Source of the DNA: a virus
Lineage: Duplodnaviria; Heunggongvirae; Uroviricota; Caudoviricetes
Direction: 5' to 3' (one strand)
Virus record (IMG/VR): IMGVR_UViG_3300017565_000001
Location: 13,741 to 77,740 of that record
Length of the DNA: 64,000 bases
A program made the translations under genes and the position numbers. Shown here piece by piece: positions 36,012-43,675 of this stretch. The notes under the pieces are model-generated. The model had not been told where the DNA came from and ran no database searches. It worked only from the letters and a program-made list of their open reading frames with translations. The stretch's first letter is position 1. Every line of letters starts with the position of its first letter.

Positions 36012-36440
36012 ATGAAAGAATTGTAGGTTGACGAACTGCTCAACACCTCGCGGTCTGAATTCGAAGAAGACCCGTATCGCCTGTACGCAATTGTACGCGG
36101 CGACCTTGAAATGCCCCCTGGCAAGCTTTCTAGCCAGAGCGGTCATGCGTATCTCAACGCATATCTCCAAGCACAACAGCAACGACCTGAAGCAGCGGCT
36201 CATTACCAACGCGATGGTATCGGCACGAAGGTTTGCCTCAAAGCCAAGAATCAAGAACAGATTCTGAAGGCTTACGAAGCAGCCCAGGCGCAAGGTATTC
36301 CCTGCTCCCTGATCATCGACCAGCATCACGTTATGCCACCCCACTTCACCGGTGAACCTATCATCACCGCATTGGGTATTGGTCCTGCCCGCAAGGACGA
36401 AATTCGCAACATCACTAAGAGGTTCAGTCTATGTCAATGA
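36012..36440 (+). CDS. pth2: peptidyl-tRNA hydrolase type II (PTH2) with in-frame amber codon at codon 5
   Basis: AGGAG-N6-ATG AAA GAA TTG TAG GTT...; YRLYAIVRGDLEMPPGKLSSQSGHA, TKVCLK, TALGIGP. Confidence 0.8.
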
Positions 36441-36685
36441 ACCTGTACGATGCTTGGGAAGTCCGAGTTCCTGTCCACCCTGACGACACCTTCAACCAAG
36501 CAAAAGCTCGCGTTCAAAATCACGTAGAGCAAATGAACCTGGACGCCAGGTTCCGCAAGGGCAAAGGCCGTCGTGAAAAACATGTCACCCGTTACCACTT
36601 CTGGGAAGCAAAGACTGAGGCCGACGCAATGGCCCTGTACCTAGCTTACGGTGACTCAATCAAAACCCACAAATACCCTGTCTAA
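36437..36685 (+). CDS. divergent FKL-motif family protein
   Basis: FWEAKTEADAMALYLAY. Confidence 0.55.
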   Translation: MNLYDAWEVRVPVHPDDTFNQAKARVQNHVEQMNLDARFRKGKGRREKHVTRYHFWEAKTEADAMALYLAYGDSIKTHKYPV

Positions 36686-36697
36686 ACTTTAGGAGAT

Positions 36698-36970
36698 ATG
36701 ACAATGAACGCAATCAATTTCAACACCCGTGAAGAATACCTGGTCTGGGCCACCGAATGGAAGGCCGAATACAAGGAACTGTCCACCAAGATCCGTGAAG
36801 CGAAGCACGCATACAAGGCTGCTCAACGCTCTGACATCTACAACGACATTCAGAGTACCCGTGTTGCTCTGGGCCGTCTCAAGTACGAGGCCAATCAAAT
36901 GATCGAATTGCGTGGCCGATCCAAGTTCGAAGCACAACGTCAATACCTGGCGCAGAAGGAGGCCGCATAA
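36698..36970 (+). CDS. hypothetical helical protein
   Basis: AGGAG SD; FNTREEYLVWATEWKAEY. Confidence 0.8.
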   Translation: MTMNAINFNTREEYLVWATEWKAEYKELSTKIREAKHAYKAAQRSDIYNDIQSTRVALGRLKYEANQMIELRGRSKFEAQRQYLAQKEAA

Positions 36971-37230
36971 TGGAAAATCAATTCTGCAAGGTGGTTGACT
37001 TTCACTTCAACAAGGGCCACTTCCAAGATCCTCAGATTCCCATGTGGGTTTTGAAGACCAAGGGCGAAACGCATTACGTCCATCATCTGGATTCCACGGC
37101 ACCATGGTCTACCCGTGAAACGCCCGATCATCCGTCCACCAAGGGTAGTATTAGATTCCGAAATGTCTACCTGACGATCCGTGATGGAAACGCTATCCTC
37201 AGCCCCCAGGAGGAGATGGCTTTCGCCTAA
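36970..37230 (+). CDS. hypothetical phage protein
   Basis: TAATG coupling; FHFNKGH...PMW...TKG.T.YV.H. Confidence 0.8.
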   Translation: MENQFCKVVDFHFNKGHFQDPQIPMWVLKTKGETHYVHHLDSTAPWSTRETPDHPSTKGSIRFRNVYLTIRDGNAILSPQEEMAFA

Positions 37231-37321
37231 ACTGGCAAGGCTTTGTTACAAAATGGCAAGTTGGGAAACCAACTTTGCCATTTCTTTTTGTGCCATAATA
37301 GTGACATAACGGGACACAACA

Positions 37322-37480
37322 ATGACATTTATAACTCCCCTGCTGTTCAGTCTTGGCCTCACCGTGGGCAACTTCATATATCAAGTATTCACAACCCAGG
37401 ATTGGGGCGCGGCGTGTGAACGTTCGTACTTCCAAACCTTCGGGATCATGTTGTTCTACTTTGTGTTGGTTCGGGAATGA
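37322..37480 (+). CDS. 52-aa membrane protein, below the ORF-track cutoff
   Basis: MTFITPLLFSLGLTVGNFIYQVF...; ATGA overlap with the next gene. Confidence 0.55.
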   Translation: MTFITPLLFSLGLTVGNFIYQVFTTQDWGAACERSYFQTFGIMLFYFVLVRE

Positions 37481-37821
37481 AGCTGATCGAACCATCAGTC
37501 GTATCATACGACCCAGTCATATTTTACGAGCGTGTTCCGTTGAGTTTGCTTGACTACGGACGAATGCTGATTGGTACGTTTGACCCTCGCGACCGCAAAC
37601 CAATCAAACACGAGTACGCGGGGAGAATCATATACTCAAAGTGCATTATTGATTTTGAGGATACTCCACCATCTTTGTATTCCGATGGTAAGATGCCCAG
37701 TCCCATGAACCTTGATTTCGGTGACGTTCAGTATCAAGGGGTCTATGTTGTTGAGTACACTGATTCACCAACTGTTTTTGTTTGTAGCGTTTCCCATATC
37801 ATCTATAAGGATAATCCATGA
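37477..37821 (+). CDS. hypothetical protein
   Basis: Coupled open frame. Confidence 0.6.
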   Translation: MKLIEPSVVSYDPVIFYERVPLSLLDYGRMLIGTFDPRDRKPIKHEYAGRIIYSKCIIDFEDTPPSLYSDGKMPSPMNLDFGDVQYQGVYVVEYTDSPTVFVCSVSHIIYKDNP

Positions 37822-38102
37822 ACACCATCATCACCCAAGCAATCAACAACAAGCAACGCCTGAAGGTCACGTACAACGGTACCGAGCGTCTGGTCGAACC
37901 CCACACCTATGGCCTTGACAAGCACGGTAAGGGCAAGGTGCGGGTGTATCAGATCGCTGAATCTGCTGACCACCAAGGTTGGCGTCTCCTGAACGAGAGC
38001 GAAATCACAGAAGTGGAACTCGCTGGTGATACGTTTGTCACTCCGCAGACCGGATACCAGGCTGACGACAAGCACATCCCCACGATCATCGCCCAGCTGT
38101 GA
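37818..38102 (+). CDS. stand-alone WYL-like domain protein
   Basis: LKVTYNGTERLVEPHTYG...GWRLL..SEI..V. Confidence 0.7.
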   Translation: MNTIITQAINNKQRLKVTYNGTERLVEPHTYGLDKHGKGKVRVYQIAESADHQGWRLLNESEITEVELAGDTFVTPQTGYQADDKHIPTIIAQL

Positions 38103-38299
38103 ACAATCGGGTTGAACTAGTTGGCTCGTATTCTCTACTTAGAGAAGCCGCTGAATGGTGCCGTGAAGTTGTTGGTCCCATAGACCAAAACTGGTGTTGG
38201 ACGTTTGAAACCACCAAATTCGCCGACCGCGCTTACGATGTGACATTCCGCTTCAGAGATCCGAGCACAGCAGTTCAATTCAAACTACTTTTCACATAA
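38099..38299 (+). CDS. small FKL-motif family protein
   Basis: AAEWCREVVG...W...FRFRDPSTAVQFKLLF. Confidence 0.75.
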   Translation: MNNRVELVGSYSLLREAAEWCREVVGPIDQNWCWTFETTKFADRAYDVTFRFRDPSTAVQFKLLFT

Positions 38300-38300
38300 C

Positions 38301-38669
38301 ATGAAGCCATATCTACACGCCAAGATCTCAGCCAAGAAGTTCGGTGGTGTCCCAGAGGATTACATGGACATTCACAACTTCATTGACTCCAGCAAGGCTT
38401 GCATGCCTGACATTCGGCATCGCGCAATCCTGCACAGCGCCTTTGGCTGCTTTCTGGTCGAGCAGATGTATGGTGCAACTCGTGTGAACTCCGAGGGGCG
38501 GGAATACAGCCCCAGGGATGTGGCAGAAGCACACATCATTGAAGACCTGGGGTTCATTCCCACAGTCGAGAAGTATCTGAACAACATGACTCTGCAGCCT
38601 TGGATGTCAGGTACCGAAAAGAAAAATAAAACAAAAACCATGTCAATTCCCTTTGGAGCAGACGACTGA
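38301..38669 (+). CDS. His-rich conserved phage protein (DUF6915-like)
   Basis: HA....KFGG..EDY..IH.FID.SK....D.RHRAILH...G...AEAHI.EDLG.IP. Confidence 0.65.
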   Translation: MKPYLHAKISAKKFGGVPEDYMDIHNFIDSSKACMPDIRHRAILHSAFGCFLVEQMYGATRVNSEGREYSPRDVAEAHIIEDLGFIPTVEKYLNNMTLQPWMSGTEKKNKTKTMSIPFGADD

Positions 38670-39115
38670 TGTCAGACTTTCAAGCCACCATCACAGCCCT
38701 TGAACAAACCATGCAAGAGGCTCGCAATACAGCCCGTAATGCATTCTTGGGCGAACTCAAGAAAGTGTTCGCGAACCACCCAGAACTTAAGGTCATGACC
38801 TGGGCGCAATATACGCCGTACTTCAATGACGGTGACACTTGCGAATTTAGTGTCCATGACGCTTATGTGAGCAACTATGAAACGATCTCGCCATGGGGTG
38901 AATGGGACGATGATGAGGACGAAGAGCCCGATGATCTCGTTACTATTGACTTGGGCTATGGCCGTGAAGCCAAGCAATATCCTGACCTAATGGCACTGAA
39001 TACCTTCATGAAGAGCCAGCTTGGTCGAGACGTTTTGCAGTTTGCATTTGGCGACCACGTTCAAATCAAAGTTACGGCAACCGGTATCACGGTTGACGAA
39101 TACGATCACGATTAA
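38669..39115 (+). CDS. conserved phage protein
   Basis: WAQYTPYFNDGDTCEFSV motif; coupled to the previous gene. Confidence 0.75.
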   Translation: MSDFQATITALEQTMQEARNTARNAFLGELKKVFANHPELKVMTWAQYTPYFNDGDTCEFSVHDAYVSNYETISPWGEWDDDEDEEPDDLVTIDLGYGREAKQYPDLMALNTFMKSQLGRDVLQFAFGDHVQIKVTATGITVDEYDHD

Positions 39116-39174
39116 CGCTTGACTTTGCCATTATGGCAACTTATCATTTAAACATGATGAATACGGAGGCAAAT

Positions 39175-39381
39175 ATGCAACTCAACGACATTCTGCAGAA
39201 ACACGCTGAAGAGGTAGCTGAGTTCCGCACATCAGCCTTGCTGGATCCGGATTCCGAACTGTACGGAGACTTGTTCGTCTTCTACATGGAATCCCGTCAA
39301 ATGCCCTATAGTGTTGCCAAGGGGCGAGATGAAGATCCGCTGGTCTGGGTTCGCCAACGCCTCCGTAAAGATCTTCACTGA
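39175..39381 (+). CDS. small conserved phage protein
   Basis: TTGACT-17-TATCAT promoter, GGAGG SD; MPYSVAKGRDEDP. Confidence 0.7.
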   Translation: MQLNDILQKHAEEVAEFRTSALLDPDSELYGDLFVFYMESRQMPYSVAKGRDEDPLVWVRQRLRKDLH

Positions 39382-39388
39382 TCAAATC

Positions 39389-39463
39389 GGCCACGTAGCT
39401 TAATGGTGAAGCGGCGGTCTCTAAAACTGACGATCGTGGGTTCGATTCCCACCGTGGCCACCA
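39389..39463 (+). tRNA. amber suppressor tRNA (anticodon CUA)
   Basis: Acceptor GGCCACG/CGTGGCC-A-CCA; D arm GCTT/AAGC; anticodon loop CT-CTA-AA (CTA at 39421-39423); T arm GTGGG-TTCGATT-CCCAC. Confidence 0.9.
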
Positions 39464-39482
39464 AATTACACAAGGGAGTCAT

Positions 39483-39707
39483 ATGAAACTTGCACTGTGG
39501 TTCGTCCTCCTCGTAATAGGAGTCGTTTGTGCATTCGCATATGATGAAAATCATCCTTGGGAGTGTGTTGACTCGGGCACCATCAAAGAAATCCTCGCAG
39601 TCAACTACCGCACGGCGACTTTCCTGCTCGAGGACGGTCGAATAGTTGATTTCAACCAAGCTATCCTCAAACCTGGTGATACCGTCTGCCTGAAGCGCGA
39701 GCGGTGA
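39483..39707 (+). CDS. small exported/membrane protein with OB-like C-terminus
   Basis: GGGAG SD; hydrophobic N-terminus. Confidence 0.65.
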   Translation: MKLALWFVLLVIGVVCAFAYDENHPWECVDSGTIKEILAVNYRTATFLLEDGRIVDFNQAILKPGDTVCLKRER

Positions 39708-39769
39708 TTTGAATCTCATCACCTTGCATTTTCACGACATGGTGCTACACTTGGTGAAAAGGAGGGCAT

Positions 39770-40219
39770 ATGAATCACTGTGAAGAATTCGTCCGTTCCA
39801 TGTATGACATGGCCCAACGAAGCAATTGCGATCATCCGTGGTTGCGTATCCTGTGCGAACATGGTCGAGTGATGACTCCCAAGATCGTCCACGATATCAG
39901 CGGCACCCAGGAGATGGGGCAATGCTATCGCAACTCAGCCTTGCTGATGATGAGCGACGAATTCACCTACTGTGAAGGCTATGCCCTGAAACCAGGTTTG
40001 ATTCCCCTGGAACATGCGTGGTTGCTGGATCGTGATGGTCTGGTGATCGATCCTACGTGGCCTGAAGAATGTGAATACTTTGGTGTTCCCATGAAAGAAG
40101 AGTTTGTTCTAGACATGGCCACCTCCATTCAACATTACGGTATCGGAACCAACTTGTTCATGCTGCGGCAGAGTGTTGATCACATTTACAAGCGATTGCA
40201 AGCCGGAATTCACGTTTAA
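39770..40219 (+). CDS. transglutaminase/papain-like fold protein
   Basis: QCYRNS, YCEGYA, EHAW, IDPTW give a putative C-H-D triad. Confidence 0.6.
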   Translation: MNHCEEFVRSMYDMAQRSNCDHPWLRILCEHGRVMTPKIVHDISGTQEMGQCYRNSALLMMSDEFTYCEGYALKPGLIPLEHAWLLDRDGLVIDPTWPEECEYFGVPMKEEFVLDMATSIQHYGIGTNLFMLRQSVDHIYKRLQAGIHV

Positions 40220-40297
40220 GTGTACCGTTTAACTGACGCGATTTCACCATAAATATTGATGGGTTCTGGGGAGAACCCATCATAATGGGAGAACGCT

Positions 40298-40447
40298 ATG
40301 ATGATCATTACTATCATCAAGTACGGCGTAAAGTTGGCAACAACTGCCGCATCGGTACTGGAAGCTTACAAGTTTTATCTTGAATACCAGGTAGGCGAAC
40401 GCATCAAGAACGGTTGGAAAAAGCTGAAGTCCAAGTTCAGCAAGTAA
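40298..40447 (+). CDS. 49-aa basic amphipathic late protein, below the ORF-track cutoff
   Basis: ATAAATA at 40249, GGAG SD; MMIITIIKYGVKLATTAASV...KKLKSKFSK. Confidence 0.55.
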   Translation: MMIITIIKYGVKLATTAASVLEAYKFYLEYQVGERIKNGWKKLKSKFSK

Positions 40448-40542
40448 GAAGCAAAGTTGTAAAATGGCGAGTCAATAACCTTGACTCGCCATTCATTTGG
40501 CTATAGAATCTCCTACATGGTAAACAAAACGGAGTTTCGCAA

Positions 40543-40749
40543 ATGATCACTGACGTTCTGACCAAAGAAGACCTGAAGACTGTAGCCTTTGGTAAGTGGG
40601 CTTGCGTTGAAACTGGCGAGGTTGCTACTGTGACCGGTTATGTGTGCGATAACAACATTGGCAAGATGGAAATGTTGTTCAACTACGACGATGGCATTCA
40701 ACATGCTGTAGACTGGTTCGATTTCCAGAACGACTTCGTGAAGCTGTGA
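40543..40749 (+). CDS. hypothetical protein
   Basis: TTGACT-17-TAGAAT promoter at 40481; GGAG SD. Confidence 0.7.
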   Translation: MITDVLTKEDLKTVAFGKWACVETGEVATVTGYVCDNNIGKMEMLFNYDDGIQHAVDWFDFQNDFVKL

Positions 40750-41063
40750 CCGAACTCCCGCCACTCGTTTATACCCCTGAGAGCTTCGAAGAGCACAATC
40801 GCCTCTATGAGGCGCTGCATGATATCTTTGTGCCCTCGCGATTGTGTGACGAAGTTTTGTTCTCAGACCTCCCCAAGGAGGCAGCCACCGCTAAGACTCT
40901 TGGCTATCATCGGGTTAGTATCCCCAACGAAACCTTCAGAGCCTTCTGTGCCGAACATGATATCAAGTTCATCATTTACGCACTATGGAGCGATGGCGCG
41001 AGTGTGATGATTGACGAGTCGGATGCCGTGTTCGTTAAACTGACATTCGACCTAAAAGAATAG
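40746..41063 (+). CDS. FKL-motif family protein
   Basis: IDESDAVFVKLTF; TAG stop. Confidence 0.65.
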   Translation: MTELPPLVYTPESFEEHNRLYEALHDIFVPSRLCDEVLFSDLPKEAATAKTLGYHRVSIPNETFRAFCAEHDIKFIIYALWSDGASVMIDESDAVFVKLTFDLKE

Positions 41064-41082
41064 CTAATTGAGGATATTCGGT

Positions 41083-41250
41083 ATGACGACCAAACTCACC
41101 CAAGCCCAAAAGATCACAAATTGGTTGGATGAACCCATGGACCTTGATGAAGCTTTTGGTGGCCCGTTCTATCGCCGCCGAAAGCGCCAACGTAAAGTGG
41201 CTCGCGAAAAGTTTCTTCGTAAGATTAAGGAATTTTTGAAATTCACTTGA
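41083..41250 (+). CDS. small basic protein
   Basis: GAGG SD; RRRKRQRKVAREKF. Confidence 0.5.
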   Translation: MTTKLTQAQKITNWLDEPMDLDEAFGGPFYRRRKRQRKVAREKFLRKIKEFLKFT

Positions 41251-41305
41251 CTGATCTGGTAGGTGAATATACCATATGAACAACTTAATTCAGGAGAGCC
41301 CGCAA

Positions 41306-41662
41306 ATGTTCACGAAGATATATGACAAGACGTATCAGGAACTCACCTTTGAAGAAGTGGTGAAATTCCTGACTGAACGCACGTTTTTCTTGTTCATGGA
41401 TCGTGGACGTGGGGGCATCGAACAAGCTGCGCAAGACATCGTCAATACGATGGGTCAATTCATGATCGTCAAGAACGTCAGCAAGCGCTTCGGCAAGATG
41501 GACAATGTGAATGACCTGCTGACGCAAGACCAATATCGTCGCCTCACGGCCATGATTTCCCTGGACCTGGTCGACACTGCAATCACGGAAGGCTTCCGAA
41601 AGCTGAGTGCAAACATCACTCAAGTGCCCACGCTGATCATCAATATTCGCGAGACCGCATGA
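41306..41662 (+). CDS. hypothetical protein
   Basis: TTGACT-17-TACCAT promoter at 41247; AGGAG SD favours ATG 41306. Confidence 0.7.
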   Translation: MFTKIYDKTYQELTFEEVVKFLTERTFFLFMDRGRGGIEQAAQDIVNTMGQFMIVKNVSKRFGKMDNVNDLLTQDQYRRLTAMISLDLVDTAITEGFRKLSANITQVPTLIINIRETA

Positions 41663-41929
41663 AGTAAAGAAATTCATTTGTGGCGAAACAACATTCAGTA
41701 GATTGACTTACGTTTTGCTTGATTATTTTCGCAAGGTAGATTAACATCTGTTACCGCTTAAATGATGAACTTGCAACAAGTCGTAGTTATAGCAATGTAG
41801 CAAGTCTAGCACTTACGCGAAGCAGTTGATAATCAATTTTTCGTGAACACCCGTAAGGGTGGGTTTTAGATGTACCTGTCCTGGCGGGTTTCACCAGGTG
41901 TTTCACTTTTCTCTCGGAGACTTTCAAAA

Positions 41930-42490
41930 ATGCGTAAATCCATCATGTCCCTGGCCCTGTCGGCCGCTCTGTTCGCAACCATGGGCGTCGCCCAAGCCCA
42001 CAACGGTGGCCAATCGTCCAACGCTGGCGGCACCGTCGTCGGTGGCGGTCTGGCAATCGGCGGTGCCGCTTCCGGCTACGCGGGTTCGGTCGTGGGTTCC
42101 GCCCAATCGATCTCGAATGGCCAAGCCACCAGCGCGTCCATGGTCGAAGGCAACGGCACGTCCTTCCAGCAAGCCACGTCGCTGACCGGCGGCACCGCAA
42201 CGATCGGCAGCGTGATCAATTCCCAGGGCGCGCAGGTCGTGACCGGCACCACGTCGTTCGCACAAACCACGGGCGCTGGCACCACGACCGGCTCGGCTCC
42301 CACCTATGTGGGCGCCCAAGGTGCCCAGTCGATCGCCAACGGCAACCAGGCTTTCGGTGACACCAAGGTCAAGGCCGAAGGCAACGCGACCTGGAACGCC
42401 GGCGCAATCGGCGGTGGCATCGCGATCGGCGGTATCGCCGGCATCGGTGGCGCCAGCTTCAACCAGTGGTCGAACTTCGGCCCCCGTTAA
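41930..42490 (+). CDS. GC-rich secreted Gly/Ala/Ser-rich protein
   Basis: Signal peptide MRKSIMSLALSAALFATMGVAQA; repetitive beta-prone body. Confidence 0.75.
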   Translation: MRKSIMSLALSAALFATMGVAQAHNGGQSSNAGGTVVGGGLAIGGAASGYAGSVVGSAQSISNGQATSASMVEGNGTSFQQATSLTGGTATIGSVINSQGAQVVTGTTSFAQTTGAGTTTGSAPTYVGAQGAQSIANGNQAFGDTKVKAEGNATWNAGAIGGGIAIGGIAGIGGASFNQWSNFGPR

Positions 42491-42563
42491 GCTGTAAGCA
42501 ATGCCCTGTAGCGGGGTGGCCAGAAATCACCCCGCTATTTTCATGATAAAAACACGGAGGTAC

Positions 42564-43172
42564 ATGATGAAGAACCGCTTCGCTACCCTTTTTGCTGTCA
42601 CCGCCATGGCGGCTTCGTTCGGTGCTTTCGCGCAAACGATCCCCGCGTCACACTCGTCGTCCACTGCGACCGCTGACACGCAATCCAACGCTTCCAACAA
42701 CGGCAACGCGCAGGTCATCCAGTTCCAATCCAACGGCGACGGCAAAAGCACGACGACGGTGAAAACGGCGCCCAGCATCGGTGGGCAATCGTTCCCCGGC
42801 AGCTTCTCGCCTGACTCCTGCGTCACTGGCGCGGGCGGTGGTGCGTCCTTCCTGCCTGGTATCGCAGTCCAGGGCGTGGTTCCCGTGAGCGACAAGCATT
42901 GTATGAGCTTGCGCGCTTACGAACGTACCATGCAAGGTGCGGCAGTGGAACAGAATCCGGAACGTCGCCAACGTCGTGTGCAAGCGGCCGACGACATCAT
43001 GTGCCAGAGCTCGCCCGAAACCCGCGCCGCTTACACGGCCGCCGGTTTGTGCAGCGAAGACTTCAGCGAAACGGCTGAAGCCCGTGAAGAACGTCTGGAA
43101 AAGCGTGCTGGTTCCACCAGCCGGACTCGCACGTCGCGTCAGAGCATCGACAGCTTTTACGGTCCGGGCTAA
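42564..43172 (+). CDS. GC-rich secreted Cys-containing protein
   Basis: GGAGG SD; signal peptide MMKNRFATLFAVTAMAASFGAFA; four Cys. Confidence 0.75.
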   Translation: MMKNRFATLFAVTAMAASFGAFAQTIPASHSSSTATADTQSNASNNGNAQVIQFQSNGDGKSTTTVKTAPSIGGQSFPGSFSPDSCVTGAGGGASFLPGIAVQGVVPVSDKHCMSLRAYERTMQGAAVEQNPERRQRRVQAADDIMCQSSPETRAAYTAAGLCSEDFSETAEAREERLEKRAGSTSRTRTSRQSIDSFYGPG

Positions 43173-43253
43173 TCGCTACGTTCGGTAACAGTTCGCTCAA
43201 GCACGAACGTTACAATATCCAGTACACTAGGCCTCTAACAAGAGGCCTAATTC

Positions 43254-43616
43254 ATGGACGCAAATGCTATATCAGCTTCACTGACCAGCTTTCTATCAAG
43301 CCCAATAAATTCAGTGTGGTTGCATGACGACAACAAAATATTCCAAGTATATGTGCGAAAAAGTCGTCGTCTTATTGGATACTCAATCATGCATCCAGTT
43401 TTTGATGTTAGCAATGTCAACGTTGCGCGTGAACATCAACAACAAGGCCTCTTTAAATCCTGGTTGAAAACCGCTGAACTGATAGCCAAGCAACATGGCT
43501 TCGTTGGTGTATATGTTGAATCCATCCTGAATCCACACCTAGTAGCATTCTTGCTGCGAGAAGGTTACGTGGTTGTTGGTGATCTCCTTCCGCCAAATAT
43601 GTACAAGCATCTATGA
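43254..43616 (+). CDS. GNAT-fold acetyltransferase-like protein
   Basis: NVNVAREHQQQGLF motif A; VESILN..L..FL.REGY. Confidence 0.6.
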   Translation: MDANAISASLTSFLSSPINSVWLHDDNKIFQVYVRKSRRLIGYSIMHPVFDVSNVNVAREHQQQGLFKSWLKTAELIAKQHGFVGVYVESILNPHLVAFLLREGYVVVGDLLPPNMYKHL

Positions 43617-43675
43617 ATATGTCGTGACTTCTTGCCAGATTGGCAGTAATATTTGCCATCTGAAAAGAAGGAGTC

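Noticed and set aside
39411-39430. Reading the tRNA as tRNA-Arg(UCU) or a normal tRNA-Trp
   Set aside because: A UCU register would put C at position 33 and break the stem. The only 7-nt loop with U33 gives CUA, and the sequence reads CTA, not CCA.
41663-41929. Known riboswitch (e.g. c-di-GMP-I)
   Set aside because: The conserved core motifs were not recognisable by eye; retained only as an unclassified leader.
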